A stretch of DNA of 56,596 bases from a virus (lineage: Duplodnaviria; Caudoviricetes): the IMG/VR virus record IMGVR_UViG_3300042292_000782, positions 1 through 56,596 of that record. One strand, given 5' to 3'. The notes below the pieces were generated by a model. The model saw only the letters and a program-made list of their open reading frames with translations, was not told where the DNA came from and did not search any database. A program made the translations under genes and the position numbers. Position 1 is the stretch's first letter, and each line of letters opens with the position of its first letter. Positions 1 to 7,503 of the stretch are shown piece by piece.

Positions 1-250
1 TATCTGGTTCATTTGGAGCACCACTAGTATCTACCCATAGTTGACCAGCTGTAGAATGAGGAGGTTCTGTAGGACTACAAAAATGTTCCATTAACCTTAA
101 CGTACTAGTGTTGATAATATTAGTACTGTTTAAACTATTATACGGGCATAATGTCAACGATGTCGATGTATCATCGATCTCATCGTCTTTAACAATTATA
201 ATAGGTTTAATTGTGTCAGAGAATTTAAGTATTTTATCAGTAAGAGACAT
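1..250 (-). CDS. 5' part of a virion/tail-fibre-type protein (runs off the window)
   Basis: Manual translation MSLTDKILKFSD...TSTSLTL...LRLMEHFCSPTEPPHSTAGQLWVDT has the same N-terminal domain as the ORFs at 20820, 38661, 47460 and 54704; TAAATA upstream at 284-289 (minus strand). Confidence 0.75.
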   Translation of the reverse strand, partial: MSLTDKILKFSDTIKPIIIVKDDEIDDTSTSLTLCPYNSLNSTNIINTSTLRLMEHFCSPTEPPHSTAGQLWVDTSGAPNEPD

Positions 251-305
251 ACAGACTCATCATAGGTGTATTATTCAAACATATATTTAGTTTCTAATAA
301 ACATA

Positions 306-337
306 AAAAAACCTCAAGATTTTATCTTGAGGTTTTT
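306..337. terminator. Bidirectional intrinsic terminator
   Basis: AAAAAACCTCAAGAT-ttt-ATCTTGAGGTTTTT hairpin with A and T tails, downstream of 352..621(-). Confidence 0.75.
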
Positions 338-351
338 AATGTTATCCGCTA

Positions 352-621
352 TTATTCAGCAGCTTCTTCTTCAGCTTCAGCTTCTACGCTTTCTGTAACT
401 TCTTCAGCGCCTTCAGCATTTTCTGTTAACCAAGCATCCACTAAGCGTGTAATATCAGCTACAAGCCATTTACTACCAGATGAAGCTAATACTAAATCAG
501 CTTCTGCTTTACGTAAACGAGATTCAGCTTCATCATAAAAAGCTACCGCTTGTTGAATGTTGGTAGGTAAATCTGCTACAGGGATCTCTTGATCTTTTAC
601 AGTAAGGGTTGTTGTTGCCAT
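352..621 (-). CDS. Hypothetical acidic protein
   Basis: 89 aa ORF with GGAG RBS; coiled coil followed by an acidic tail. Confidence 0.7.
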   Translation of the reverse strand: MATTTLTVKDQEIPVADLPTNIQQAVAFYDEAESRLRKAEADLVLASSGSKWLVADITRLVDAWLTENAEGAEEVTESVEAEAEEEAAE

Positions 622-697
622 TGGAACTCCAGTTGTTTTGTTAAAAATTAATAGCTATGATATTAAAGCATAGCTATTTATTCAACTGTTTTTTGAG

Positions 698-2281
698 TTA
701 TAATTTATGGAGCGCGTCTTTCCACCATTGAGGTACATGAGCTTTTGTTCTGTCGTACAAATATTGAAAACTTTCATCTAAAATATACACATTTCCATAA
801 TCATCCGGTGTACGAACAATACGTCCACAACCTTGTATTACATCAGTCATAGCACGTAACAAATACCATTTTTGTGATAAGTCCATACGTGCTTTAACCC
901 ATGAATCCGTTAATGTACCAAATGGTACTTTTGCAAATATTGCAAATCTCCCCTTTTCGTCAACTAAATCTAAACCTTCTGTTATAGAAGGTGATATCAA
1001 TATAGCTGGCTTCTTACTGTTCATGAAATCGTCAATAACAGTATCACGTTTGTTTCCAGATCCTGGGTTGTGATGCATGATAATGTGAGGTAGCTTATAC
1101 AGTTCTTTTACTAGCCATTGAGCAATTGCAAAATTACCTGTATGTATTATTCCTTTTTGATCTTTATGTTCCATTATAATACTAGTCATAACTTCAATAA
1201 ATTCTTTACGTCCAGCGGTATTCTTTTGATCATTCCAATTGTAATTCATCTTCATTACAGGATTGTATATTACCGGTCTATTATTAACATCAAAATCAGA
1301 TGGCATTGAAATAAAACACGCTTTATCTAATGGAATGTTTAAATTCTCACAAAATTCTTTATGATCAAAGATTGTAGCTGATAAAAATAAAAACTTTTCA
1401 GCCATTGGTTCTAATATACTATGAAAATTTTCAGCACCAAATAAGAATTTAAACTTTAATTGTGTATCATCGACATTTAAAATATATTTGTCATCAACTT
1501 CTTCAATTGTTTTTGAAACAAATTCACCGACTAATTCAATATGATCTTTTAATTGTAAATAGTTTTTTAATTTGCCAATATCAGCTGGTGTGTGTTTATG
1601 ATCATCTTCTAATAATGGATCGCACTCATCGTCCAATTGTAACAACACATCTTTCATAGCTGGTAAGTATATGTTAACAATCCAATTATACGTGTTTAAT
1701 GATGAAGCGCTAATGTTCCATTTAATACGGTGTTTTTCACATACACTTTTTAATATTGTCAAATTGTTATAGTCAGTTAATACATCTTCTAATTTGTGGC
1801 ACTCGTCCATAATCAAAAGCTTGCGTCTACTAAAAACATCTGTATGTTTGAATGATCTTACAGCTAACGCGTAATTCAATACAACATGGCTAGCTTTAGT
1901 AGCTGCGTTAATTGCCGCACTATGAGGGCATTGCCCACATCTTGGAGCTATAATTTGACCGACATCACATGTTGTACCTTTACCTTGGCATCGGTAATTA
2001 CCTTTACCGTATAACGACTTAAAATACTTGTCATCATCTTTTTTAATAAAAGATCTTTCATATTGTGTTTGAAGTATTTTTTGTGGTGTTAATATAAAAG
2101 AAGCTTTATGTCCATCCTCACCGAGATAGTTACCTAATGTAACAGCGATAGCACTCTTACCACTACCGACAGGTAATTCACAAAAAATATATTTCTTTTT
2201 AGTGTTTTTTACGATCCATTCTAAAGTTTCAACTTGTGTAGGACGAGGCGTTTCTAATGCAAAATGCTCTAATATATTCAT
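698..2281 (-). CDS. DinG/Rad3-like SF2 DNA helicase
   Basis: Q motif PRPTQ, Walker A PVGSGKS, Fe-S-type Cys cluster, DECH, FLSAT, QGCGRIVR. Confidence 0.88.
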   Translation of the reverse strand: MNILEHFALETPRPTQVETLEWIVKNTKKKYIFCELPVGSGKSAIAVTLGNYLGEDGHKASFILTPQKILQTQYERSFIKKDDDKYFKSLYGKGNYRCQGKGTTCDVGQIIAPRCGQCPHSAAINAATKASHVVLNYALAVRSFKHTDVFSRRKLLIMDECHKLEDVLTDYNNLTILKSVCEKHRIKWNISASSLNTYNWIVNIYLPAMKDVLLQLDDECDPLLEDDHKHTPADIGKLKNYLQLKDHIELVGEFVSKTIEEVDDKYILNVDDTQLKFKFLFGAENFHSILEPMAEKFLFLSATIFDHKEFCENLNIPLDKACFISMPSDFDVNNRPVIYNPVMKMNYNWNDQKNTAGRKEFIEVMTSIIMEHKDQKGIIHTGNFAIAQWLVKELYKLPHIIMHHNPGSGNKRDTVIDDFMNSKKPAILISPSITEGLDLVDEKGRFAIFAKVPFGTLTDSWVKARMDLSQKWYLLRAMTDVIQGCGRIVRTPDDYGNVYILDESFQYLYDRTKAHVPQWWKDALHKL

Positions 2282-2437
2282 AGTATTATGTTTCTATAAT
2301 ATTGAAAAATATATTATATAATCATTATCTTATGTATTCAACAACCTGTATTATTACATAATTTTAAAATAGTTGATTTTTACAAATAACCATATAAAAT
2401 AACAAACATTGGTACTTACCGTACTAAATAGACCATT

Positions 2438-2512
2438 CGGAGCGTGGTTCATTGGTTGATCGCTAGTTTTGGGAACTAGATTAAGGGAGTTCGATTCTCT
2501 CCGCTCCGACCA
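2438..2512 (+). tRNA. tRNA-Pro(UGG)
   Basis: CGGAGCG/CGCTCCG acceptor stem, CTAGT-TTTGGGA-ACTAG anticodon arm, GTTCGAT T loop, encoded CCA. Confidence 0.88.
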
Positions 2513-2542
2513 CATTTAATAATTAATACCTTAGGAAAAATA

Positions 2543-2821
2543 ATGAACAAACCAGAATTGATTAGCGCAATTGCAGAAGCTTCAGGTCTAACGAAAGCTG
2601 ATTCTAGTCGCGCATTAGATGGGTTTATTTCATCGGTGACACATTCGTTAAGCGTAGGTGAGCCTGTCATCTTAGTAGGATTTGGTACTTTTTTAATTAG
2701 AGACAGAGCAGAACGTAAAGGTCGCAATCCAAGAACAGGCGACGAAGTATTAATTAAAGCTGCAAAAATTCCAAATTTTAAAGTTGGAAAAGCGTTAAAA
2801 GATGCTGTAAACGCTGAATAA
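2543..2821 (+). CDS. hup: HU DNA-binding protein
   Basis: MNKPELISAIA...LVGFGTF...RKGRNPRTG...PNFKVGKALKDAV. Confidence 0.95.
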   Translation: MNKPELISAIAEASGLTKADSSRALDGFISSVTHSLSVGEPVILVGFGTFLIRDRAERKGRNPRTGDEVLIKAAKIPNFKVGKALKDAVNAE

Positions 2822-2829
2822 GTTAACAC

Positions 2830-2906
2830 CTCCCATTAGCTCAGTCTGGTAGGTCGATCCGTTTGGGGTGGATAGGTCGGCGGTTCAAATCCGTCATGGG
2901 AGACCA
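2830..2906 (+). tRNA. tRNA-Pro(UGG), second copy
   Basis: CTCCCAT/ATGGGAG acceptor stem, TAGCTCAGTCTGGT D arm, ATCCG-TTTGGGG-TGGAT anticodon arm, GGTTCAAATCC, CCA. Confidence 0.88.
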
Positions 2907-2924
2907 ATTAAATATACGGTAATT

Positions 2925-3104
2925 ATGTCATTCGATAAAGATTATCCAAACAGAAAAGATCGTCGTAAACGATACTACAACGCTAAATCATTTGATAGAA
3001 GTTGTCGTAATCATGGGTCATGCGCTCATTGTTTGGAATCTAGAATGCATAAACACAAAAAACGTAAATTACCTGTTGATTATATTGAAGAAGACCCTGT
3101 ATAA
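2925..3104 (+). CDS. Small basic Cys/His protein (possible Zn-binding)
   Basis: MSFDKDYPNRK...SCRNHGSCAHC; ATG at 2925 chosen because the upstream GTG lies inside the tRNA. Confidence 0.65.
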   Translation: MSFDKDYPNRKDRRKRYYNAKSFDRSCRNHGSCAHCLESRMHKHKKRKLPVDYIEEDPV

Positions 3105-3118
3105 TTAAAAGATATTAT

Positions 3119-3192
3119 TGTTCCTCGGTGTAATGGAAGCACCGCAGATTTTGATTCTGCTAGTATAGGTTCGAACCCTGTAGGGACTGCCA
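3119..3192 (+). tRNA. tRNA-Gln(UUG)
   Basis: GCAGA-TTTTGAT-TCTGC anticodon arm, AGGTTCGAACCCT T arm, CCA end. Confidence 0.85.
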
Positions 3193-3241
3193 AATTGTAT
3201 AATAAAATTTAAACTGTAAATATTTGTGTGTAACTAGTTAA

Positions 3242-3317
3242 TCCTCCGTAGCTCAGTTGGTAGAGCGCGAAACTGTTAATTTCGATGTCATTCGTTCGAG
3301 CCGAATCGGGGGAGCCA
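3242..3317 (+). tRNA. tRNA-Asn(GUU)
   Basis: TCCTCCG/CGGGGGA acceptor stem, TAGCTCAGTTGGTAGAGC, CGAAA-CTGTTAA-TTTCG, GTTCGAG, CCA. Confidence 0.92.
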
Positions 3318-3327
3318 TATATAAATC

Positions 3328-3362
3328 AATGACTTACTCATTTTTGTGTAAGTCATTTTTTT
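3328..3362 (+). terminator. Intrinsic terminator after the tRNA cluster
   Basis: AATGACTTAC...GTAAGTCATT followed by a T run. Confidence 0.7.
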
Positions 3363-3427
3363 GTCTTTAAAAAATCTACATTTTGACACTCGCATAAATA
3401 TATCAAACATTATAAAAGGTATTACAC

Positions 3428-4045
3428 ATGAAACTAAACGAATTATTTGAAAGCTCTAACTCTGAGTATAACGATGAAGCTGGTACAGCTCATAGACATT
3501 TAATCACGATTTCTCGCGCAACCACAGGTCTAATGCGTGCTATAGATCAAAATGAAAACCTACCAGAATGGGTGCAAGAAAAAATTGCCAAAGCTGAATA
3601 CATGTTAGTATCAGTTTGGGATTATTTGCAAAGTCAAGAAGACCGTGGTATAAACCCAACTGTACACGAAATGTTCGATCTCATTGAAAATATGGTTAAC
3701 GGTTTAGCAATTCAGCATAATGTTGACAGCGATGTTATATGGAAAGATTTTGAATCTGTTAGTGATCAAGAACTTTTTGAAGCAGCAGCTTGGACACGCA
3801 AAGAAGGTCAAAATAAAAATGGCGGGTTGAACGCAAAAGGTGTAGCTAGCTACCGTAAAGAGCATCCGGGAAGTAAACTACAAACAGCTGTAACAACCGA
3901 ACCAAGTAAATTAAAAAAAGACAGTAAAGCGTACAAAAGACGTAAAAGTTTTTGTGCGAGAATGGGTGGCGTAAAAGGACCCATGAAAGATGAAAAAGGT
4001 AGACCAACACGCAAAGCATTAGCATTAAAAAAATGGAATTGCTAA
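3428..4045 (+). CDS. Conserved phage protein with DUF6321-like basic C-terminus; probable virion protein
   Basis: AAWTRKEGQNKNGGLNAKG...RRKSFCARM...ALKKWNC; MKLNELFE leader; TAAATA at 3395. Confidence 0.65.
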   Translation: MKLNELFESSNSEYNDEAGTAHRHLITISRATTGLMRAIDQNENLPEWVQEKIAKAEYMLVSVWDYLQSQEDRGINPTVHEMFDLIENMVNGLAIQHNVDSDVIWKDFESVSDQELFEAAAWTRKEGQNKNGGLNAKGVASYRKEHPGSKLQTAVTTEPSKLKKDSKAYKRRKSFCARMGGVKGPMKDEKGRPTRKALALKKWNC

Positions 4046-4139
4046 TATCCAATTTAATATTGTTAACAAAGAGTAGTTGATAATATTACCAACTACTCAT
4101 ATAATGTAATATTATCCATTACGTTAATAGGACAATATT

Positions 4140-4316
4140 ATGGCTACTGTAAGTAAATCAACAATGCCCAGAAAACAACCTAACCTATCCCGTTCAGGTA
4201 AAGTACGAATATTTGGGTTTAGTGTAGATAAATTAATTGAGTTGCGTGATAAAGCGCAAAGACCACGTGATAAACATAAATTTAATGCTAGACTTATTAG
4301 CTTAGCGTCAAAATAA
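4140..4316 (+). CDS. Small basic hypothetical protein (58 aa)
   Basis: Manual ORF MATVSKSTMPRK...LASK; AGGA RBS; TTGATA-17-TATAAT at 4077-4105. Confidence 0.6.
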   Translation: MATVSKSTMPRKQPNLSRSGKVRIFGFSVDKLIELRDKAQRPRDKHKFNARLISLASK

Positions 4317-4328
4317 TAGGACTATAAA

Positions 4329-4601
4329 ATGACATCAATTAAAGCAAGCCATATTTTAGTAGCTAGTGAACAAGAAGCTATCGATATTTTAACAAAAATC
4401 AACGAGGGTGCAGATTTTGCAGCACTTGCAATGACTCACAGTACTTGTCCAAGTGGTAAATCAGGTGGAGATTTGGGAATCTTTGGTCGCAACCAAATGG
4501 TAAGACCATTTGAAGAAGCTGCATTTGCGTTAGGTATCGGTAAAATTAGTCAACCAGTTCAAACCAATTTTGGATGGCATATCATTAACCGTACCGGTTA
4601 A
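4329..4601 (+). CDS. ppiC: Parvulin-type peptidyl-prolyl isomerase
   Basis: ASHILV, FAALA...HSTCPS...GGDLG.F...QMV.PFEEAAF, PVQTNFGWHII. Confidence 0.95.
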   Translation: MTSIKASHILVASEQEAIDILTKINEGADFAALAMTHSTCPSGKSGGDLGIFGRNQMVRPFEEAAFALGIGKISQPVQTNFGWHIINRTG

Positions 4602-4604
4602 GGT

Positions 4605-4892
4605 ATGTTACAGTATTTTGAACGTCAATTAGAATCAACCTCTCCAATAGATGCTGATGAAGCAGCTAAAATGGTTACATATAGAGTAGCGACAGGTGGA
4701 GATGAAGCTGAGTTAACAGAATATTATAACTCAAAAATTGGTAAAAAATTATTATTTTACATGAAATGTGATAAACATAATTTTGAAGTTTGTAAATGTT
4801 TTGACGATGAAATTGAAGAAACATTTAAAACAGCTACTTTCATGGAAATGAACGTGGGTGGTGCAGTTCCAAAATTTGAAATGTTACCTTGA
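4605..4892 (+). CDS. Hypothetical protein
   Basis: 95 aa ORF directly after ppiC. Confidence 0.6.
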   Translation: MLQYFERQLESTSPIDADEAAKMVTYRVATGGDEAELTEYYNSKIGKKLLFYMKCDKHNFEVCKCFDDEIEETFKTATFMEMNVGGAVPKFEMLP

Positions 4893-4939
4893 TCAAATAA
4901 TACCCGTTTATAGTTAGTGCAAATATTATATTAAAAAGT

Positions 4940-4968
4940 TTGATTTAACAATTTTAATATAATACAAT
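4940..4968 (+). promoter_or_regulatory. Sigma70-like promoter for the Y-RNA-like ncRNA
   Basis: TTGATT-17 nt-TACAAT; predicted start near 4975. Confidence 0.6.
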
Positions 4969-4974
4969 CCACAT

Positions 4975-5088
4975 AGAGATTCTAACTGCAATTCAACAAT
5001 ATCAACGTGTCGTGGGTTCGAATCCCACTATAACTTTACGGTTATATAATTCAGCTGGTAGAATATTTGAAAACAAATGAATCTTGTT
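4975..5088 (+). ncRNA. YrlA-like Y RNA (circularly permuted tRNA mimic)
   Basis: Terminal stem GAGATTC/GAATCTT plus CTGCAA; T arm GTGGG-TTCGAAT-CCCAC (5012-5028); loop-closed acceptor stem TATAACT-ttac-GGTTATA; D arm ATTC-AGCTGGTA-GAAT. Confidence 0.75.
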
Positions 5089-5122
5089 AATGTTGCACAC
5101 TAACTAAAAACAGGTAAATTTT

Positions 5123-5767
5123 ATGAGATTAGATGATTTAGCAGCAAGGTTGGTAATAGTTGAAGCAAAATTAGCCACCCTTACTGGCACCACCATCAAC
5201 GTAGCAAATGCTACAAATATTGAAGATTTAGATACAAGGTTATCAATCGTTGAAGTTCACGTTGATCAACTACTTGTCGATAAAACTCAAAGTCATATTG
5301 AATCAATTATCTCTACACCAGCAAATGAAGCTCCTGTATCAGTCGATACTGTTGTTGCATTATCTGCTAGTGCAGACGTTCCAGAAGCTGCATCTATCGT
5401 TACAGACGTTGTTCAAGCTCAAATAGAAGCTCCTGCAGTTGATCACCCTGCGGTTGCTGAAATTGTTGCAGCAGCTGTAGCAGCAGTTGTAACAGCAGAT
5501 CCATCTATTGTTACAGACCCTGAAGCAATTATCAATACTATAACAGCAGCTGTAGCTGAACTACCAACACCTCCAGCAGATGTCGCAATTGAAGCTGCTG
5601 ACGCGGTAGCTGATGTTGTTTCAATTGCTATTGGTGAAGATGTTGATAATGAAATTCATCAACAAATCGTTGAAGCAATTACTTCACCATCAGATCCAGC
5701 ATTAGACGCTATTGAAGCACGGTTAGTAGCTGCAGAAGCAAAGGTCGATAGTTTGTTGGGAAAGTAG
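5123..5767 (+). CDS. Acidic Ala/Val-rich protein with coiled-coil repeats at both ends; possible -1 frameshift extension to 5811
   Basis: LDDLAARLVIVEAKL / LDAIEARLVAAEAKV repeats; ends in G GGA AAG TAG. Confidence 0.7.
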   Translation: MRLDDLAARLVIVEAKLATLTGTTINVANATNIEDLDTRLSIVEVHVDQLLVDKTQSHIESIISTPANEAPVSVDTVVALSASADVPEAASIVTDVVQAQIEAPAVDHPAVAEIVAAAVAAVVTADPSIVTDPEAIINTITAAVAELPTPPADVAIEAADAVADVVSIAIGEDVDNEIHQQIVEAITSPSDPALDAIEARLVAAEAKVDSLLGK

Positions 5768-5884
5768 TAACATCGATCCAAAATTGGATTGATAGGTTGT
5801 TTAAACGTTAGTTAAAATAGTTTTTAACATTTAATAACGTTTGTCTTTATTAAAGGTTATCAAAATTGTTAATACATGTTTTAT

Positions 5885-5917
5885 AAAAACTCATGGTTTA
5901 AAACCATGAGTTTTTTT
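5885..5917 (+). terminator. Intrinsic terminator
   Basis: AAAAACTCATGGTT-taa-AACCATGAGTTTTTTT. Confidence 0.75.
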
Positions 5918-6005
5918 GTCTATATTATGCTATGCTGATATAACCACGTTATATTAGATCTAATTTATTTATAAATAATTGTTTTATACATTTTAAGAAA
6001 ATAAT

Positions 6006-6737
6006 ATGAAACAATCATTAACACAATTCTTAATTGAAGCTTTTAATTTTGAGTACCATGATAATTTAAATCCTAAATTATGGAGTGGCGACTCTATTAA
6101 ACCTAAGATCCGCCAACATCTTTTAAAAATTGCTAAAATCTATTTTGAATCGCTAAACCTTTCACCAGATTACAAAATAACTGATGTCGTCATGACGGGC
6201 AGTTCAGCAAACTTTAATTATACCCGCCATTCTGACCTCGATATACACGTTATGATTGATAAAAACGCCGATCACTGTAAAGTTGTTGGTCTTGAATTAA
6301 TGGACGTACTTAAATCCAAAACTTTAGGTTGGAATCAAGAACACGACATTAAAGTATTTGGCTATTCTGTTGAAGTTTATACACAATTAGCTGATGAACC
6401 TCACCATTCTACTGGTGTTTATAGCTTACAAAACGATGAATGGGTAACTAGACCAGTACGTAAAAAAGGTATTGAAAAAACAGTTAATGAATATGCTGTT
6501 AATGTAAAAGCAAAAGCATTAAAAGAACTGATTGATAGTTTTAAAGATGTTTCTGATTATACAAAAATTAAAGAAGTACGTAAAAAAATTAAAAACATGA
6601 GACAAGCTGGTCTTGAAAGGGGTGGTGAATTCTCAACAGAGAATTTAGTTTTTAAAGAATTAAGAAATGCAGGTTATCTTGATAAATTGCAAGATTACTA
6701 TCTAGAAGCATTTGATAAATCATTATCGTTAAAATAA
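6006..6737 (+). CDS. Pol-beta superfamily nucleotidyltransferase
   Basis: VMTGSSANFNY...SDLDIHV (GS + DxD motif), third carboxylate in VEVY; TATAAATA at 5970. Confidence 0.78.
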   Translation: MKQSLTQFLIEAFNFEYHDNLNPKLWSGDSIKPKIRQHLLKIAKIYFESLNLSPDYKITDVVMTGSSANFNYTRHSDLDIHVMIDKNADHCKVVGLELMDVLKSKTLGWNQEHDIKVFGYSVEVYTQLADEPHHSTGVYSLQNDEWVTRPVRKKGIEKTVNEYAVNVKAKALKELIDSFKDVSDYTKIKEVRKKIKNMRQAGLERGGEFSTENLVFKELRNAGYLDKLQDYYLEAFDKSLSLK

Positions 6738-6767
6738 TATTGGGTACAATATATTACGAGGTTTTTT

Positions 6768-6938
6768 ATGGAAAACAACAAGTATTGCCATTGCGGTAAA
6801 TGCGTAACTGTAGACCTATTAAAGATATTTCCAATGATTATTTCTTGTAATATTTGCGGACAAAATCTATGTCCTCGAGCAGCTGATCATGATTTTGAAT
6901 GTGTTAATGTTCAAGATGAATTAACTAATCCAAACTAA
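6768..6938 (+). CDS. Small Cys-rich Zn-finger-like protein (56 aa)
   Basis: Manual ORF MENNKYCHCGKC...CNICGQNLCPRAADHDFEC; GAGG RBS. Confidence 0.6.
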   Translation: MENNKYCHCGKCVTVDLLKIFPMIISCNICGQNLCPRAADHDFECVNVQDELTNPN

Positions 6939-7119
6939 TACTACGATTGAATGAATTATTAACTAACGTTTGAGCTTCATATCCATCATATGACTCAGAG
7001 TTAGTTAAATATTCAATCGCATTATTTACAACATCTTGATAAGATCCAATATTAGCAGCTTCTGCTCTACTTACTGAACTACTCGACACCAACGCGTAAA
7101 AAATATCATATTCGTTCAT
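6925..7119 (-). CDS. Hypothetical protein
   Basis: ORF with AGGA RBS before MNEYDIF. Confidence 0.55.
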   Translation of the reverse strand: MNEYDIFYALVSSSSVSRAEAANIGSYQDVVNNAIEYLTNSESYDGYEAQTLVNNSFNRSISLD

Positions 7120-7129
7120 TTTATTTTCC

Positions 7130-7501
7130 TTATTCAATAATTGGGTATTTTTCTATTTTAATCGATTCTAATTCATTTGAATCAATATTTAAATTTGTAA
7201 AATCATATATACCTGAGATTTTACTACTATGCTTATTGTGACAGGTATTATACTGTGTACCTTCCATAACGTCACATAATTCAATAATGTCATATGGTGA
7301 TATCATTGCCATTTTTTTATTAAATATTTTTTCGATTTGCTTTTTGTTTTTAAATAATGCAAGCAAATCATACATATCACATGCATACGATCTTTCATCG
7401 ACACAAAATTCGATATGTGTTGTTGGATGCTTTTTCCATATAGCTCCATTTTTTGTAGTAATAAAACCTTCTACAGTATACGCAACTTGTTTAATAGTCA
7501 T
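7130..7501 (-). CDS. Hypothetical protein
   Basis: 123 aa ORF starting immediately after the stop of 7504..9378. Confidence 0.6.
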   Translation of the reverse strand: MTIKQVAYTVEGFITTKNGAIWKKHPTTHIEFCVDERSYACDMYDLLALFKNKKQIEKIFNKKMAMISPYDIIELCDVMEGTQYNTCHNKHSSKISGIYDFTNLNIDSNELESIKIEKYPIIE

Positions 7502-7503
7502 AA

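Noticed and set aside
108-538. Plus-strand ORFs 108..290 and 266..538, and the many other short antisense ORFs in the track (for example 10402, 12781, 45476, 55684)
   Set aside because: They are shadows of well-supported opposite-strand or other-frame genes and have no recognisable motifs.
2868-2924. GTG start for the 78-aa ORF
   Set aside because: It lies within tRNA-Pro; the ATG at 2925 is more plausible.
5012-5064. Conventional tRNA gene
   Set aside because: The T arm precedes the D arm and there is no anticodon loop or CCA end; treated as a permuted mimic.
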